Positions 35,062-44,165 are shown, counted from the first letter of the stretch. The stretch is DNA of 47,147 bases from Candidatus Zambryskiibacteriota bacterium (GCA_026394815.1 JAPLZX010000006.1:1-47147), one strand, 5' to 3'. A program made the numbers and translations. The notes: generated from the sequence alone by a model not told the origin.

Positions 35062-35731
35062 TTACAATTTTTGGAAAATAAAGAAATCAGAGGATGATTC
35101 ATCGGGATATTTATTTGGAATTTTTTTAATCAGTTTCCAATCTTTTAAATTATTATCTATACACGTTGAAAAGTTACGATTTTTGTAATGAGGTGCGTCG
35201 TTTTTGTTATCGTCTCTATCAGAAGAATAAATAATCACAAATTTATTAGCAGAGGAAAACAGATGTCTCATATATTTATCAAAAATTTTGTCCTCAATAA
35301 TGTGATAAATGACATCTAGTGATAAGGCCAAATCTGCTTTGAAAACAGGGTCTCTATCGCTAAACTGACTAGAATCATATAGGAAAAAATTCTTTGTATT
35401 ATCGTTTTTGAAACGTTCTTTACACATCTCCACTGCGGTCAAAGATACGTCCAAACCTATGTATTTTTTAAATTCAAATAACGATAATTGATTACCATCC
35501 CCACTTCCAAATTCAATAACAGAATTAATTTCATTCTCTTTTACAAAAGCATTTATAATCCCCGCCTTAAATATGGCAAATTTCCCATATGAACCCCTTC
35601 CTGAATTACCGTTTTTCCCAATAATCTCCAGAACCTGAGAATGAATACTTTCTCAGACATGAAGATATAAACATTGCCAGGCTACCTATTATTGGAACTT
35701 TTTTTATAATTATTTTGATTTCATTTTTCAT
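35062..35731 (-). pseudogene. Class I SAM-dependent methyltransferase interrupted by a frameshift near 35612
   Basis: The ATG at 35731 gives MKNEIK...SGSGDYWEKR and then a stop. The next frame continues GNSGRGSYGKFAIFKAGIINAFVKENEINSVIEFGSGDGNQLSL...GLDVSLTAVEMCKERF (the GxGxG SAM motif) into ORF 35062-35454. Confidence 0.6.
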
Positions 35732-35808
35732 GTCTCAGGGATATTTGTGTATAAATAATCGCTTTATTTTAAGCGGTATTTTCTTATATTATCATAAAAA
35801 ATATCACA

Positions 35809-35836
35809 TTGCATAATTGGCTTGTTTTGATAGACT
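35809..35836 (+). promoter_or_regulatory. Extended -10 promoter for wecB
   Basis: TTGCAT (35809-35814), 16-nt spacer ending in TGa, TAGACT (35831-35836), then 11 nt to the ATG at 35848. Confidence 0.45.
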
Positions 35837-35847
35837 GTAACCAATCT

Positions 35848-36942
35848 ATGAAAATCGCACTCATATTAGGTACAAGGCCAGAAATCATAAAAATGTCACC
35901 GATTATTCGAGAATGTGAAAGATGTAAATACAAGTATTTCGTCCTCCACACCGGGCAACATTACTCAAAAAATATGGATGAAGACATATTTGACGATCTT
36001 GATCTCGATAAGCCAAAATATAATCTGGGCATAGGAAATCAACCTTTTCGCAAGCAAATCGGTTTTATGACAAAGGAAATAGGAAAGGTTTTGAAGTCAG
36101 AAAAACCAAGTATTGTTTTAGTCCAAGGTGACACCATTTCTGTTCTTACTGGAGCACTCGCGGCAAGTAAATTAAAAATTAAAATTGGACATCATGAAGC
36201 GGGATTACGCAGTCATGATATAACAATGCCAGAAGAAACAAATCGTGTTATTACAGATCATATTTCTGACTTTTTGTTTGTGCCCACTCCCGATGCTTTA
36301 AAAAACTTACACCAAGAAGGCTGTGACACAGAAAAAATTTATGTTACTGGTAATACTATTGTCGATGCAGTCTATCAAAACATAAAGATTGCAGAAAAAA
36401 AAGTGAAGGTACTTAAAAAGTTTAATCTTATTGATAAGGGGTATTGTCTCGTAACCACCCATAGAGCAGAAAATGTCGATGACGCAAAAAGACTTCAAAA
36501 AATCTTTGATGGTTTAAGTTTGGTTGAAAAAAACCTAAAATTACCAATAATTCTCCCTATTCATCCCAGAACAAAAATCCGTATAAAAGAATTTGGAATC
36601 TCGGTATCTAAAAAAATAAAAATGGTTGACCCAGTTGGATTCCTAGAATTCTTATCACTTGAGAATCATGCACGACTAATCCTTACTGATTCTGGAGGTG
36701 TTCAAGAAGAAGCTTTTATTCTAAAAATCCCATGTGTAACACTACGTGATAATACCGAGAGACCTGAAACTGTAGAATATAAATCAAATATTGTAGCTGG
36801 AGTAGAACCTGAAAAAATTCTCGAAGCAGCAAAAGAAATGCTTAAAAGGGATTTGAGTTTAAACCGATGGAACAACCCTTTTGGCGAAGGAAATGCTGGA
36901 AAGAAAATTGTTGAAATAATTGCTGAAAAATTAAACAAATAA
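35848..36942 (+). CDS. wecB: UDP-N-acetylglucosamine 2-epimerase (non-hydrolysing)
   Basis: MKIALILGTRPEIIKMSPI, VQGDTISVL, HHEAGLRS, EETNRVITDHISD and TDSGGVQEEA are canonical WecB/MnaA motifs. Confidence 0.92.
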   Translation: MKIALILGTRPEIIKMSPIIRECERCKYKYFVLHTGQHYSKNMDEDIFDDLDLDKPKYNLGIGNQPFRKQIGFMTKEIGKVLKSEKPSIVLVQGDTISVLTGALAASKLKIKIGHHEAGLRSHDITMPEETNRVITDHISDFLFVPTPDALKNLHQEGCDTEKIYVTGNTIVDAVYQNIKIAEKKVKVLKKFNLIDKGYCLVTTHRAENVDDAKRLQKIFDGLSLVEKNLKLPIILPIHPRTKIRIKEFGISVSKKIKMVDPVGFLEFLSLENHARLILTDSGGVQEEAFILKIPCVTLRDNTERPETVEYKSNIVAGVEPEKILEAAKEMLKRDLSLNRWNNPFGEGNAGKKIVEIIAEKLNK

Positions 36943-38196
36943 CTACTTGGGGCTTATTTTCTTTTTTAAATATTTAAAAAAGAATGGAATAAAATTTAAT
37001 CCCATTATAGAAATCTTGTGTATAAGTCGACGAAGTTTTGAAGTCTTCATTCTCTCATAAGAGTTAACCTTGGAGAGAATATCTTTCTTTTTGTCTGGGG
37101 AGATAATTATTGCGGAGCAAAATATTTCACTTAAAGCCTTGGAATTTACAGACCAATCCAAGTTTTTTTCAGCATAATCGCGTGCTTTTCTTTTCCATGA
37201 AGTCAAATCTTTTTGCTTCAAGAAAAAATCTAGTGACTCAACAAGACTATTTTCATCGACAATACACTCTGGCCAAAAATAATCATCATGACGTCTCTGG
37301 TATTTCTTTATTTTCACTAATCTACCATGGTCATTTGAAACAAACTCATTCATTGGTCCATTATCTGGCACAATCGTTGGTAAACCACAAGCTAACGCTT
37401 CAGCTATAGTTAAACCTATACCCTCCAATCGTGTTGGATACACATATACATCCCCAAGATAATATAGTCCCGGAGCCGACACGGTTTTAGTTATAGTGAT
37501 TAAGCTACCATTTTTTTCCAGTTCCTGGAGTAGAGAGGCAAGTTTAGGAAACACAACTATCAAATCAACTTGAGTATGTATGATTAATTTCACTTTATTT
37601 GTCTTTAGTTTTCCAAATGCACTAATCAAAAGATCTGTGCCCTTACGAAAAGGATTCATTCCTGCCGAATGGAAAAAGTTCACAAATTCAGGATCTACCA
37701 CTTCATAAGTTTGTGGTTTAAACAAGGAGATATCTGTCCCCCACGGTACATAATAAGCTTGGTCGTGCCAGGAAAATGCCTCATAATGGCGCTTTGTATT
37801 ACAAATAAGAAAATCATACAATGCAAAAAATGGTCTGGTTTCCTTGGTATAGTAATCAACATAGGCCCCTGTTTTAATTCCAGCGGTACCACAGAAAATA
37901 ATAGGTTCCCACCAATGCTCCTCGTTAAAAAAAACAACTTCTATTTTATTATCTGCAACCCATTTTTTGAAATGATTTAAGTTCTTTTCTCTCGTTTCAC
38001 CACTAAAATCTTTCCCCCATTTTTTATCTCCCCAAGTAACATTGTATTTATTCCAATTTTCATCATCCTCTGCAAATTTTTCCCCACCACGTGCATATAT
38101 GTATATTTCATTATCTTTACTAAGACTGTCTATATACTGCTTTGATACATAGGCAGCCCCCCTCTCAAACCATGTTGTTACTATTCCAATTTTCAT
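36943..38196 (-). CDS. GT4-like (GT-B) glycosyltransferase
   Basis: YVYPTRLEGIGLTIAEALACGLPTIVPDNGPMNEFV is a Glycos_transf_1 core. Length 417 aa. Confidence 0.75.
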   Translation of the reverse strand: MKIGIVTTWFERGAAYVSKQYIDSLSKDNEIYIYARGGEKFAEDDENWNKYNVTWGDKKWGKDFSGETREKNLNHFKKWVADNKIEVVFFNEEHWWEPIIFCGTAGIKTGAYVDYYTKETRPFFALYDFLICNTKRHYEAFSWHDQAYYVPWGTDISLFKPQTYEVVDPEFVNFFHSAGMNPFRKGTDLLISAFGKLKTNKVKLIIHTQVDLIVVFPKLASLLQELEKNGSLITITKTVSAPGLYYLGDVYVYPTRLEGIGLTIAEALACGLPTIVPDNGPMNEFVSNDHGRLVKIKKYQRRHDDYFWPECIVDENSLVESLDFFLKQKDLTSWKRKARDYAEKNLDWSVNSKALSEIFCSAIIISPDKKKDILSKVNSYERMKTSKLRRLIHKISIMGLNFIPFFFKYLKKKISPK

Positions 38197-39209
38197 AAAT
38201 TAAATATTTTTATTATTTTTCTTTTTATTCTAAAAAATGGAGTGTATATTTTATAAAACAAATACAATACTCTTTCTTTATATAGATATTTTTTTACTCT
38301 ATTTATATCCATTGAACTCAACGGGAATTTCTCTGAATTTTTATGTGTATTAAAAACATTTATTATTTCTTTGGCTCTGTGATTGAATGTGTGTGTTCGC
38401 AAGACTTCCATTCTACCAGATTCTGCAACAACCGCACCCTCCCGCTGATTAGAAAGAAAATGATTTATTTTTGCTATCATATCATCAATATCTGTAGTTT
38501 CAGCCAAATGAGTACCATTAATAAATGGGTTTTCACCTGATAGTTTTTCAGTAATTAAAAGAGAACCAGAACCCAACACCTCAAATACCCTGGTTTCTGT
38601 ATCAAGAAAATCTTCAGAGTGAATATTTAAGACTATCTTTGCACGATTATATAAAATATTTGCTTCAGAAGCATAGGCACTTGCTATTGTAATATTAAAT
38701 TTTCTCTTTAGTTTATCAAGAATAATTTTTCTTCTTTTTGTTAGAGAACCTACAAACAAAACATCTATATCTTTCTCAATGCCAGCAATTTTTTTGTATG
38801 TATTTGGGTCAAAAGAACTTAATAATATGGATACTTTGTCTCTAGTTAACCAACCATTATTAACAATTCTTTCTATACAATCTACACTCCTTACAAAAAC
38901 ATGATTGAATAACCCCGATTGAAACAATCTATCTTGGTCTCTCCTTCTTGAAACTAATTCTGATGCCCAAAAAAATTTTGGCTTTTTTACAGACCCTAAT
39001 AGTTCTAAAGGAAATTCTTCACCTCTTTGTAAAAATAAAAAATCAAAATCCCCATTTATTTTCAAAAATTTACTTGCAAGATTATATTTATTTTTTCTAT
39101 AATCAATTGTAATCGTATCGACTTTATTTTCTAAAAAAGCTTTATTCATAAACCATTCAGCTCCCCAGAATGCATTACTGTCGATAGCACTAACATAAAG
39201 TACTTTCAT
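38193..39209 (-). CDS. CgeB-family / DUF3880-type glycosyltransferase-like protein
   Basis: VLFVGSLTKRRKIILDKL...YNRAKIVLNIHSEDFLDTETRVFEVLGSGSLLITE matches the CgeB-like Glyco_trans_1_2 pattern. Confidence 0.6.
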   Translation of the reverse strand: MKVLYVSAIDSNAFWGAEWFMNKAFLENKVDTITIDYRKNKYNLASKFLKINGDFDFLFLQRGEEFPLELLGSVKKPKFFWASELVSRRRDQDRLFQSGLFNHVFVRSVDCIERIVNNGWLTRDKVSILLSSFDPNTYKKIAGIEKDIDVLFVGSLTKRRKIILDKLKRKFNITIASAYASEANILYNRAKIVLNIHSEDFLDTETRVFEVLGSGSLLITEKLSGENPFINGTHLAETTDIDDMIAKINHFLSNQREGAVVAESGRMEVLRTHTFNHRAKEIINVFNTHKNSEKFPLSSMDINRVKKYLYKERVLYLFYKIYTPFFRIKRKIIKIFNL

Positions 39210-39216
39210 TTTATCA

Positions 39217-40296
39217 TTAATTCATTAAACTAATTATTTTCTGAATCAAATGGTCTAAACTAAAATCTTTTCTAACCCTAGAATCTAATGTGGTTAGTAT
39301 GAATTTATTATTAGCCATATTTATGAAATCGTATATTTTTTTGGTGAGATCTAATGAATCATTATATCTATATAGAAAAAGATTAGTATACTCTCCGAAC
39401 AATTCAGAAAATATAATGTTTGATATGAATGTAGGTATTCCCAGCAATATAGATTCCAGAACAGCCTTATCCATACCCCCTGATGGGCTCATATTAACTG
39501 TGATGTGACAATTTGAAAGAAGTGTGGGGAAATCTTTGTGTAAGACATTACCAGCGAAAAAAACATTATTTTTAAGATCCTTTTCCTTTATAATTTTCTC
39601 AAGTTCCATCTTATAATTTTTATCACTTTCGGTTACACAATCTCCATATAAAATAATTTGTATATTAAGATTTTTCTTTTTTAATTGGTATCCTGTATCA
39701 ATTAAAGTTTCCAAGTTCTTTATTGGTGTAATTCTTCCTATATATGCAATTCTTAACACTCCCTCTATATATAAATGAGATGTGTTTGGTAATGCATTTA
39801 TGTCTATGCCATGACCAAGATATACAACCTTTTTTGTTTTTATTTTAAAACTCTCTTTTGCTGAACTAAAGATCTTGCTTGTAAATAAAGTGGCTACTCT
39901 TAATTTAAAATCAACACTTCGATGGACATACCATAAATATATTGGGATACCTTTCATTTTAAAATAAACACCACATAAAACAATGTAGATTGGATTCATG
40001 TGAACAAATACTTTATCATATGAACCATTAAGTTTGTGTAAGTACTTGTAGAGATTTTTTAAATAAGAAAAGTATGAAAGACCTAATTCTTTGCCCAAAG
40101 AAAAAACTTCTACCCCAGTAGTAGAGCGTAGCTCACTACGGGGCTTCGCATTACTTTTAAAATCATGTTCACCTTCCTCCAAACAGATTACTTTTACAGA
40201 TTCACAATGCTTTGCGAATTCTTTTATCCAAGTATGAAAAAAACCAAGTACCGAGTCATTTTTATCTACTTTTTGTGTAAATATAAGTAGTCTCAT
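39217..40296 (-). CDS. GT4 glycosyltransferase carrying a GC-rich palindromic in-frame segment
   Basis: MRLLIFTQKVDKNDSVLGFFHTWI..., C-terminal GGMDKAVLESILLGIPT. Length 359 aa. Confidence 0.75.
   Translation of the reverse strand: MRLLIFTQKVDKNDSVLGFFHTWIKEFAKHCESVKVICLEEGEHDFKSNAKPRSELRSTTGVEVFSLGKELGLSYFSYLKNLYKYLHKLNGSYDKVFVHMNPIYIVLCGVYFKMKGIPIYLWYVHRSVDFKLRVATLFTSKIFSSAKESFKIKTKKVVYLGHGIDINALPNTSHLYIEGVLRIAYIGRITPIKNLETLIDTGYQLKKKNLNIQIILYGDCVTESDKNYKMELEKIIKEKDLKNNVFFAGNVLHKDFPTLLSNCHITVNMSPSGGMDKAVLESILLGIPTFISNIIFSELFGEYTNLFLYRYNDSLDLTKKIYDFINMANNKFILTTLDSRVRKDFSLDHLIQKIISLMN
40113..40148. repeat. GC-rich nested palindrome inside the GT4 CDS (possible in-frame insertion)
   Basis: CCCC-a-GTAG-ta-GAGC-gta-GCTC-a-CTAC-GGGG (40113-40143): 12 bp of pairing in 31 nt. 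On the minus strand it encodes PRSELRSTTG. Confidence 0.4.
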
Positions 40297-40694
40297 AAAA
40301 TTTGCTGATTAAAAATGTATTTGTTTGATATTGGAAAAGTACACAACGCCGTACATATTCCAGCAACAATTTGCCCTAGGAGAGGAAGAAAACCAAAATA
40401 ATGAACACAAATATATAAAACTAAAGTATTTACGCACAAACCAAACAGAGAACTAAAAAGATACAATAAACCTTGAATATGAATATTGTCTGTAGAATGA
40501 TCGCGAAACGTCCAGAATTTTTGCAGAATCAGACTAACTAAAAAAGCAACAACAAAAGCAATAATTGACGAGGTAATATAATGAATATGAAAAACATAAA
40601 GAAAGAGAGAAAAAGTCAATAAATTTATAAGAGCACTTGTGCCTCCGGAAATAATATATCTGATAATCAAATGCCGAGTAAAATACTTTATCAT
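40293..40694 (-). CDS. GtrA-family membrane protein (putative lipid-linked sugar flippase)
   Basis: 133 aa, 4 TM helices. YIISGGTSALINLLTFSLFLYV and QKFWTFR are typical GtrA motifs. Confidence 0.8.
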   Translation of the reverse strand: MIKYFTRHLIIRYIISGGTSALINLLTFSLFLYVFHIHYITSSIIAFVVAFLVSLILQKFWTFRDHSTDNIHIQGLLYLFSSLFGLCVNTLVLYICVHYFGFLPLLGQIVAGICTALCTFPISNKYIFNQQIL

Positions 40695-40799
40695 CCCGTT
40701 AGAAATAGGAAATCACACATACTTCATTGTGATTTCTAATCAGATTAAGTTGTAATAATTCGACTTTCATATTTTTGATTTCCGTTTATTTCTAACGGG
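40695..40799. mobile_element. MITE-like 105-bp element with 13-bp perfect terminal inverted repeats and a 5-bp flanking direct repeat
   Basis: CCCGTTAGAAATA (40695-40707) is the exact reverse complement of TATTTCTAACGGG (40787-40799). ATCAT flanks both ends (40690-40694 and 40800-40804). An internal 9-bp hairpin pairs 40709-40717 with 40728-40736. Confidence 0.55.
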
Positions 40800-40800
40800 A

Positions 40801-41949
40801 TCATGCTTTTTTTTCAATCAAATTTTCTAATAAAGCTATGTATTTAGCCGTATATTCTTCTTTTGGAATCATTATATTTTTAATACTATCCTGCATCTCT
40901 CGTTTAAACAACTCTCTTTTAATATTGTTATGGATAAGCTCGGAAATGGCCTTGAAAATACATTCCACATCACCAACTGGGCAGATAAAAGAATTTTTAT
41001 CATTTATAAAAAGAGATGTATTAGCAATACCAACTTGTGTGGTAACAATGGGACACTCACTCGCACCAGCCTCAATTAGAGACATACCATAACCTTCATA
41101 TTCTGATGTCAGTAAAAAAAGATTTGCTGTCTTATAATAAGAAAATAAATCTTTCTGCCAACCAACAAAAACAACATTATTGCTTAATCCAAATTTTTTT
41201 GTTAAATTTTCTAAACTTTTTCTCTCATCTCCATCACCTAAAATAATAAGTCCTGTCTGCGGAAACTCAACTATCACTTTTTTTAAAACATGCAAAGCTA
41301 TATCAATCCTCTTTTCTTTTGTTAGTCGTGACGCCATTAAAATACTAAATTTAAATTGTGAAAAAGTTTTTGTTTTATCCGCCACAACTGAGGAATCAAG
41401 TATTTTTTCAATATCAACAAATACAGGTAATGTTTCTGGAATTATTTTTAGATTCGGAAAGTGTTTATTTATAGAATCTTTGATTACTTCGCTAACTACT
41501 CGTAAACCCTGTGCACGAGGTATTAGAAATTTTGCAATTCTTACACGAACCATATTTAGAAATGAATTTTTAAAATATGGGCTAAGAAAATCAGTATGAA
41601 TTTGAAGTTGCAGTGGAAAATTAAATTTTCTTCTTAAAAAATACCCAACCATTCCCGTTTCAAATGGATCCTGCGTAGAAATGACGGAACTACCTGTAAC
41701 GAGTTTATTTTCTAAAATAATTTTTTTACCAAGTTTTATCGCATCAAAAATATATCCTAAACGGGTGGTAGAATTGGTTGGGTAAAAATAGAGATTATCA
41801 ATAGATTTTGGCTCTAATCCTAGCTTTTTTAAGGAAAAAACAATTATGTGTAATTCCTCCATTTTGGATGCATACTCAACATTTCTCGCTAAAACAGCGC
41901 TTCCGTCCTCAAATAATCTTCTATCTGTACCAATGGAAATAATTTTCAT
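40801..41949 (-). CDS. GT4 glycosyltransferase
   Basis: FLLTSEYEGYGMSLIEAGASECPIVTTQVG is the Glycos_transf_1 EX7E region. Length 382 aa. Confidence 0.8.
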   Translation of the reverse strand: MKIISIGTDRRLFEDGSAVLARNVEYASKMEELHIIVFSLKKLGLEPKSIDNLYFYPTNSTTRLGYIFDAIKLGKKIILENKLVTGSSVISTQDPFETGMVGYFLRRKFNFPLQLQIHTDFLSPYFKNSFLNMVRVRIAKFLIPRAQGLRVVSEVIKDSINKHFPNLKIIPETLPVFVDIEKILDSSVVADKTKTFSQFKFSILMASRLTKEKRIDIALHVLKKVIVEFPQTGLIILGDGDERKSLENLTKKFGLSNNVVFVGWQKDLFSYYKTANLFLLTSEYEGYGMSLIEAGASECPIVTTQVGIANTSLFINDKNSFICPVGDVECIFKAISELIHNNIKRELFKREMQDSIKNIMIPKEEYTAKYIALLENLIEKKA

Positions 41950-42986
41950 TTTATATTTTTATAGATGTTTAAATATTCATTGGCTATTTCTTTCCAGCTA
42001 TGAATAAAACCAAAACTTTCTATTTTTTTCTTCTGCGCCTCATAATTTTTTTCATCACTTAGCCATAAAACTTTTTCTGTAATATCTTGCAAATTCTCTG
42101 GGTCTATTAAAATAGCGATATCTTTTATTCTTGGAATAAGACCTGTCTCTTTTGTTAATATAAATGGTATACCACAACGAATAGCGTCTAAAATTGTATT
42201 TGGGCTTATATCACCAAGGGAAGCAATAATAACTGCGTATGAATGTCTTAATTTTTCCAAAAATTCTTCATGTGGAACTATATCAGTATCTAGTGTAGAA
42301 CCAGAATTAACAATAACCTGTTGCCCAAAAACTTTTTTTAATAATTCTACATGCTTCCATTTCAATTTACGTGTCATAGCAATAAAATTCTTTTGCAAAG
42401 GTTTCAGGGAGACAATTCTCGGCCCATAGTAGTTTTCTACAATAAAATTATTTTGTCCTGAAAGATTATATGGGCCAATAAAAATATCTTTCTGCCATTC
42501 AGTACTCCAAATAATAGCGTCTACATTTTTAAGTACAAACTTAGTGAGTTTAAAAATAATTTTTTCTTTTATGGATAGTTTTGATAATCGAGTTTTATAA
42601 AAATCTCTAAGTAAAACTAAATCCCCCGTACGCTCTACATAGGCTTCCCATAAAAAATCTCCTCCGGTACGTAGTATTATCTTCTTTCGAAAAATTAGAC
42701 TTGCTAAAGTTACCGGCAAACCACAACTATATGTATCAAGTGCTAATATCAAGTCTGATTTTAAAATAGATGGTAATGTGTCGAAAAAATAAATCAAATG
42801 ACGTATTCCTGTCGGAAGAAAATTAAAACGACTAAAAACTTTTACATTTACTTCGTGTTTCTGTTCTCTCCAAACCATAGTTAAATTCTTCGCATATTCT
42901 GCGGGACCACCGATTTCTGGAGGATATATGCCAGTAGCTATTAAAATATGTTTTTGGATATTATTCATTGTGTGATATTTTATCAA
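41946..42986 (-). CDS. GT4-like glycosyltransferase
   Basis: HILIATGIYPPEIGGPAEYAKNL is the N-terminal GT-B motif. Length 346 aa. The start may be the internal ATG at 42968. Confidence 0.7.
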   Translation of the reverse strand: MIKYHTMNNIQKHILIATGIYPPEIGGPAEYAKNLTMVWREQKHEVNVKVFSRFNFLPTGIRHLIYFFDTLPSILKSDLILALDTYSCGLPVTLASLIFRKKIILRTGGDFLWEAYVERTGDLVLLRDFYKTRLSKLSIKEKIIFKLTKFVLKNVDAIIWSTEWQKDIFIGPYNLSGQNNFIVENYYGPRIVSLKPLQKNFIAMTRKLKWKHVELLKKVFGQQVIVNSGSTLDTDIVPHEEFLEKLRHSYAVIIASLGDISPNTILDAIRCGIPFILTKETGLIPRIKDIAILIDPENLQDITEKVLWLSDEKNYEAQKKKIESFGFIHSWKEIANEYLNIYKNIK

Positions 42987-44160
42987 AAACAGCCTTCATT
43001 TGGCCCGCAATATGGTCCCAACCATAACGCTCTTTTACTCTTTCATAAGCTTTATAAATAATTCTTTCTCTAAGTACGTTGTCGTTTAAAATTAAACCAA
43101 TGGCCTTAACAATACTTTGTGGATTATCAGGTGAACAAAAAACACCAGTCTCTTTGTCATCAATAAAATCAGGAATACCACCAACAGGTGTAGCAATAAC
43201 CGGTAAACCACTTGCCATGGCTTCAATAAATGAATTACCAAATCCTTCCGAGCGCGATGGTCTAATAAAAACATCGCAAATAGAAAAATATCTTGGAATA
43301 TCTTGGTAAGATATAAAACCTAAAAATTTTACTCGATCATCAACCTTTAAAGTTTGGGCTTGTTTTTGTAGACAAGGTCCTTCTTCACCTTTTCCTATTA
43401 TTATAAAATAAACATTTTTTGGTAAATAAACTAAAGCAGAAATAACATCATCTATAGCATTTTTACGTGTTAATCGACCACTTGTAACTAAAAAGATGTC
43501 GTTCGATTTTTTACCAAGACTATTTTTTAAATTATTTTTTATTTCTAAATTTATTTGTTGTGAAAAAATTGACAGATCAACTCCATTTGGAACAAGAGAA
43601 TATTTTCCTTTGTAACCATTCTTCTTTGCACGATTTAATAAAAAATTACTTATTCCTGTTAAAAAATCTGTTCGCCATAAAGATAATTTCCACGACAAAG
43701 CAATAAGCCCAATCCATTTGTATTGTAAGTGGTTTTCGGAATCACCCTCCTGTAAAGTCAAAACTATTGGAATTTTTTTCTTCCTTGTCAAAACTTGTAA
43801 AATATTAAATAAATAACCAGCTAGACTTCCAAATGTAACCATAATCCCCCAGAGACAAAAATAGTCTGCTTTTTTATTTAATCTACGTGCTAAAAACGCC
43901 CCACGAAATGGAAGGATTAATTTATCAAATAAAGGTCTACCTATCCCTAATCTGTAAACGTTTACACTACCTACCTTTTCTACATTAGGTAAATCTTTCC
44001 TTAATTTTGCAGTTATTAAATCAAATTCGAAATTAAAATCTTTTGATAATCTGTCAGTGATTTCCTTAACTGCTACCTCTGCCCCCCCAACAAACGGATA
44101 ATAAGCTGTGGAAAAAATAAGGATTTTTTTCTTCGTTTTGTTTGATAAATTGTTTGTCAT
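42961..44160 (-). CDS. GT4 glycosyltransferase
   Basis: ILIFSTAYYPFVGGAEVAVKEI and FIRPSRSEGFGNSFIEAMASGLPVIATPVGGIPDFI. Length 399 aa. Confidence 0.85.
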   Translation of the reverse strand: MTNNLSNKTKKKILIFSTAYYPFVGGAEVAVKEITDRLSKDFNFEFDLITAKLRKDLPNVEKVGSVNVYRLGIGRPLFDKLILPFRGAFLARRLNKKADYFCLWGIMVTFGSLAGYLFNILQVLTRKKKIPIVLTLQEGDSENHLQYKWIGLIALSWKLSLWRTDFLTGISNFLLNRAKKNGYKGKYSLVPNGVDLSIFSQQINLEIKNNLKNSLGKKSNDIFLVTSGRLTRKNAIDDVISALVYLPKNVYFIIIGKGEEGPCLQKQAQTLKVDDRVKFLGFISYQDIPRYFSICDVFIRPSRSEGFGNSFIEAMASGLPVIATPVGGIPDFIDDKETGVFCSPDNPQSIVKAIGLILNDNVLRERIIYKAYERVKERYGWDHIAGQMKAVFDKISHNE

Positions 44161-44165
44161 CTTCC

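Noticed and set aside
35003-35188. 61-aa plus-strand ORF between the GT2 operon and the methyltransferase gene
   Set aside because: It overlaps the 3-prime end of the minus-strand methyltransferase CDS and has no motifs. It is likely spurious.
40699-40770. 23-codon ORF inside the MITE-like element (minus strand, MKVELLQLNLIRNHNEVCVISYF)
   Set aside because: It is short, has no convincing ribosome-binding context, and is easily produced by chance in AT-rich sequence. It is noted only in case other copies of the element conserve it.
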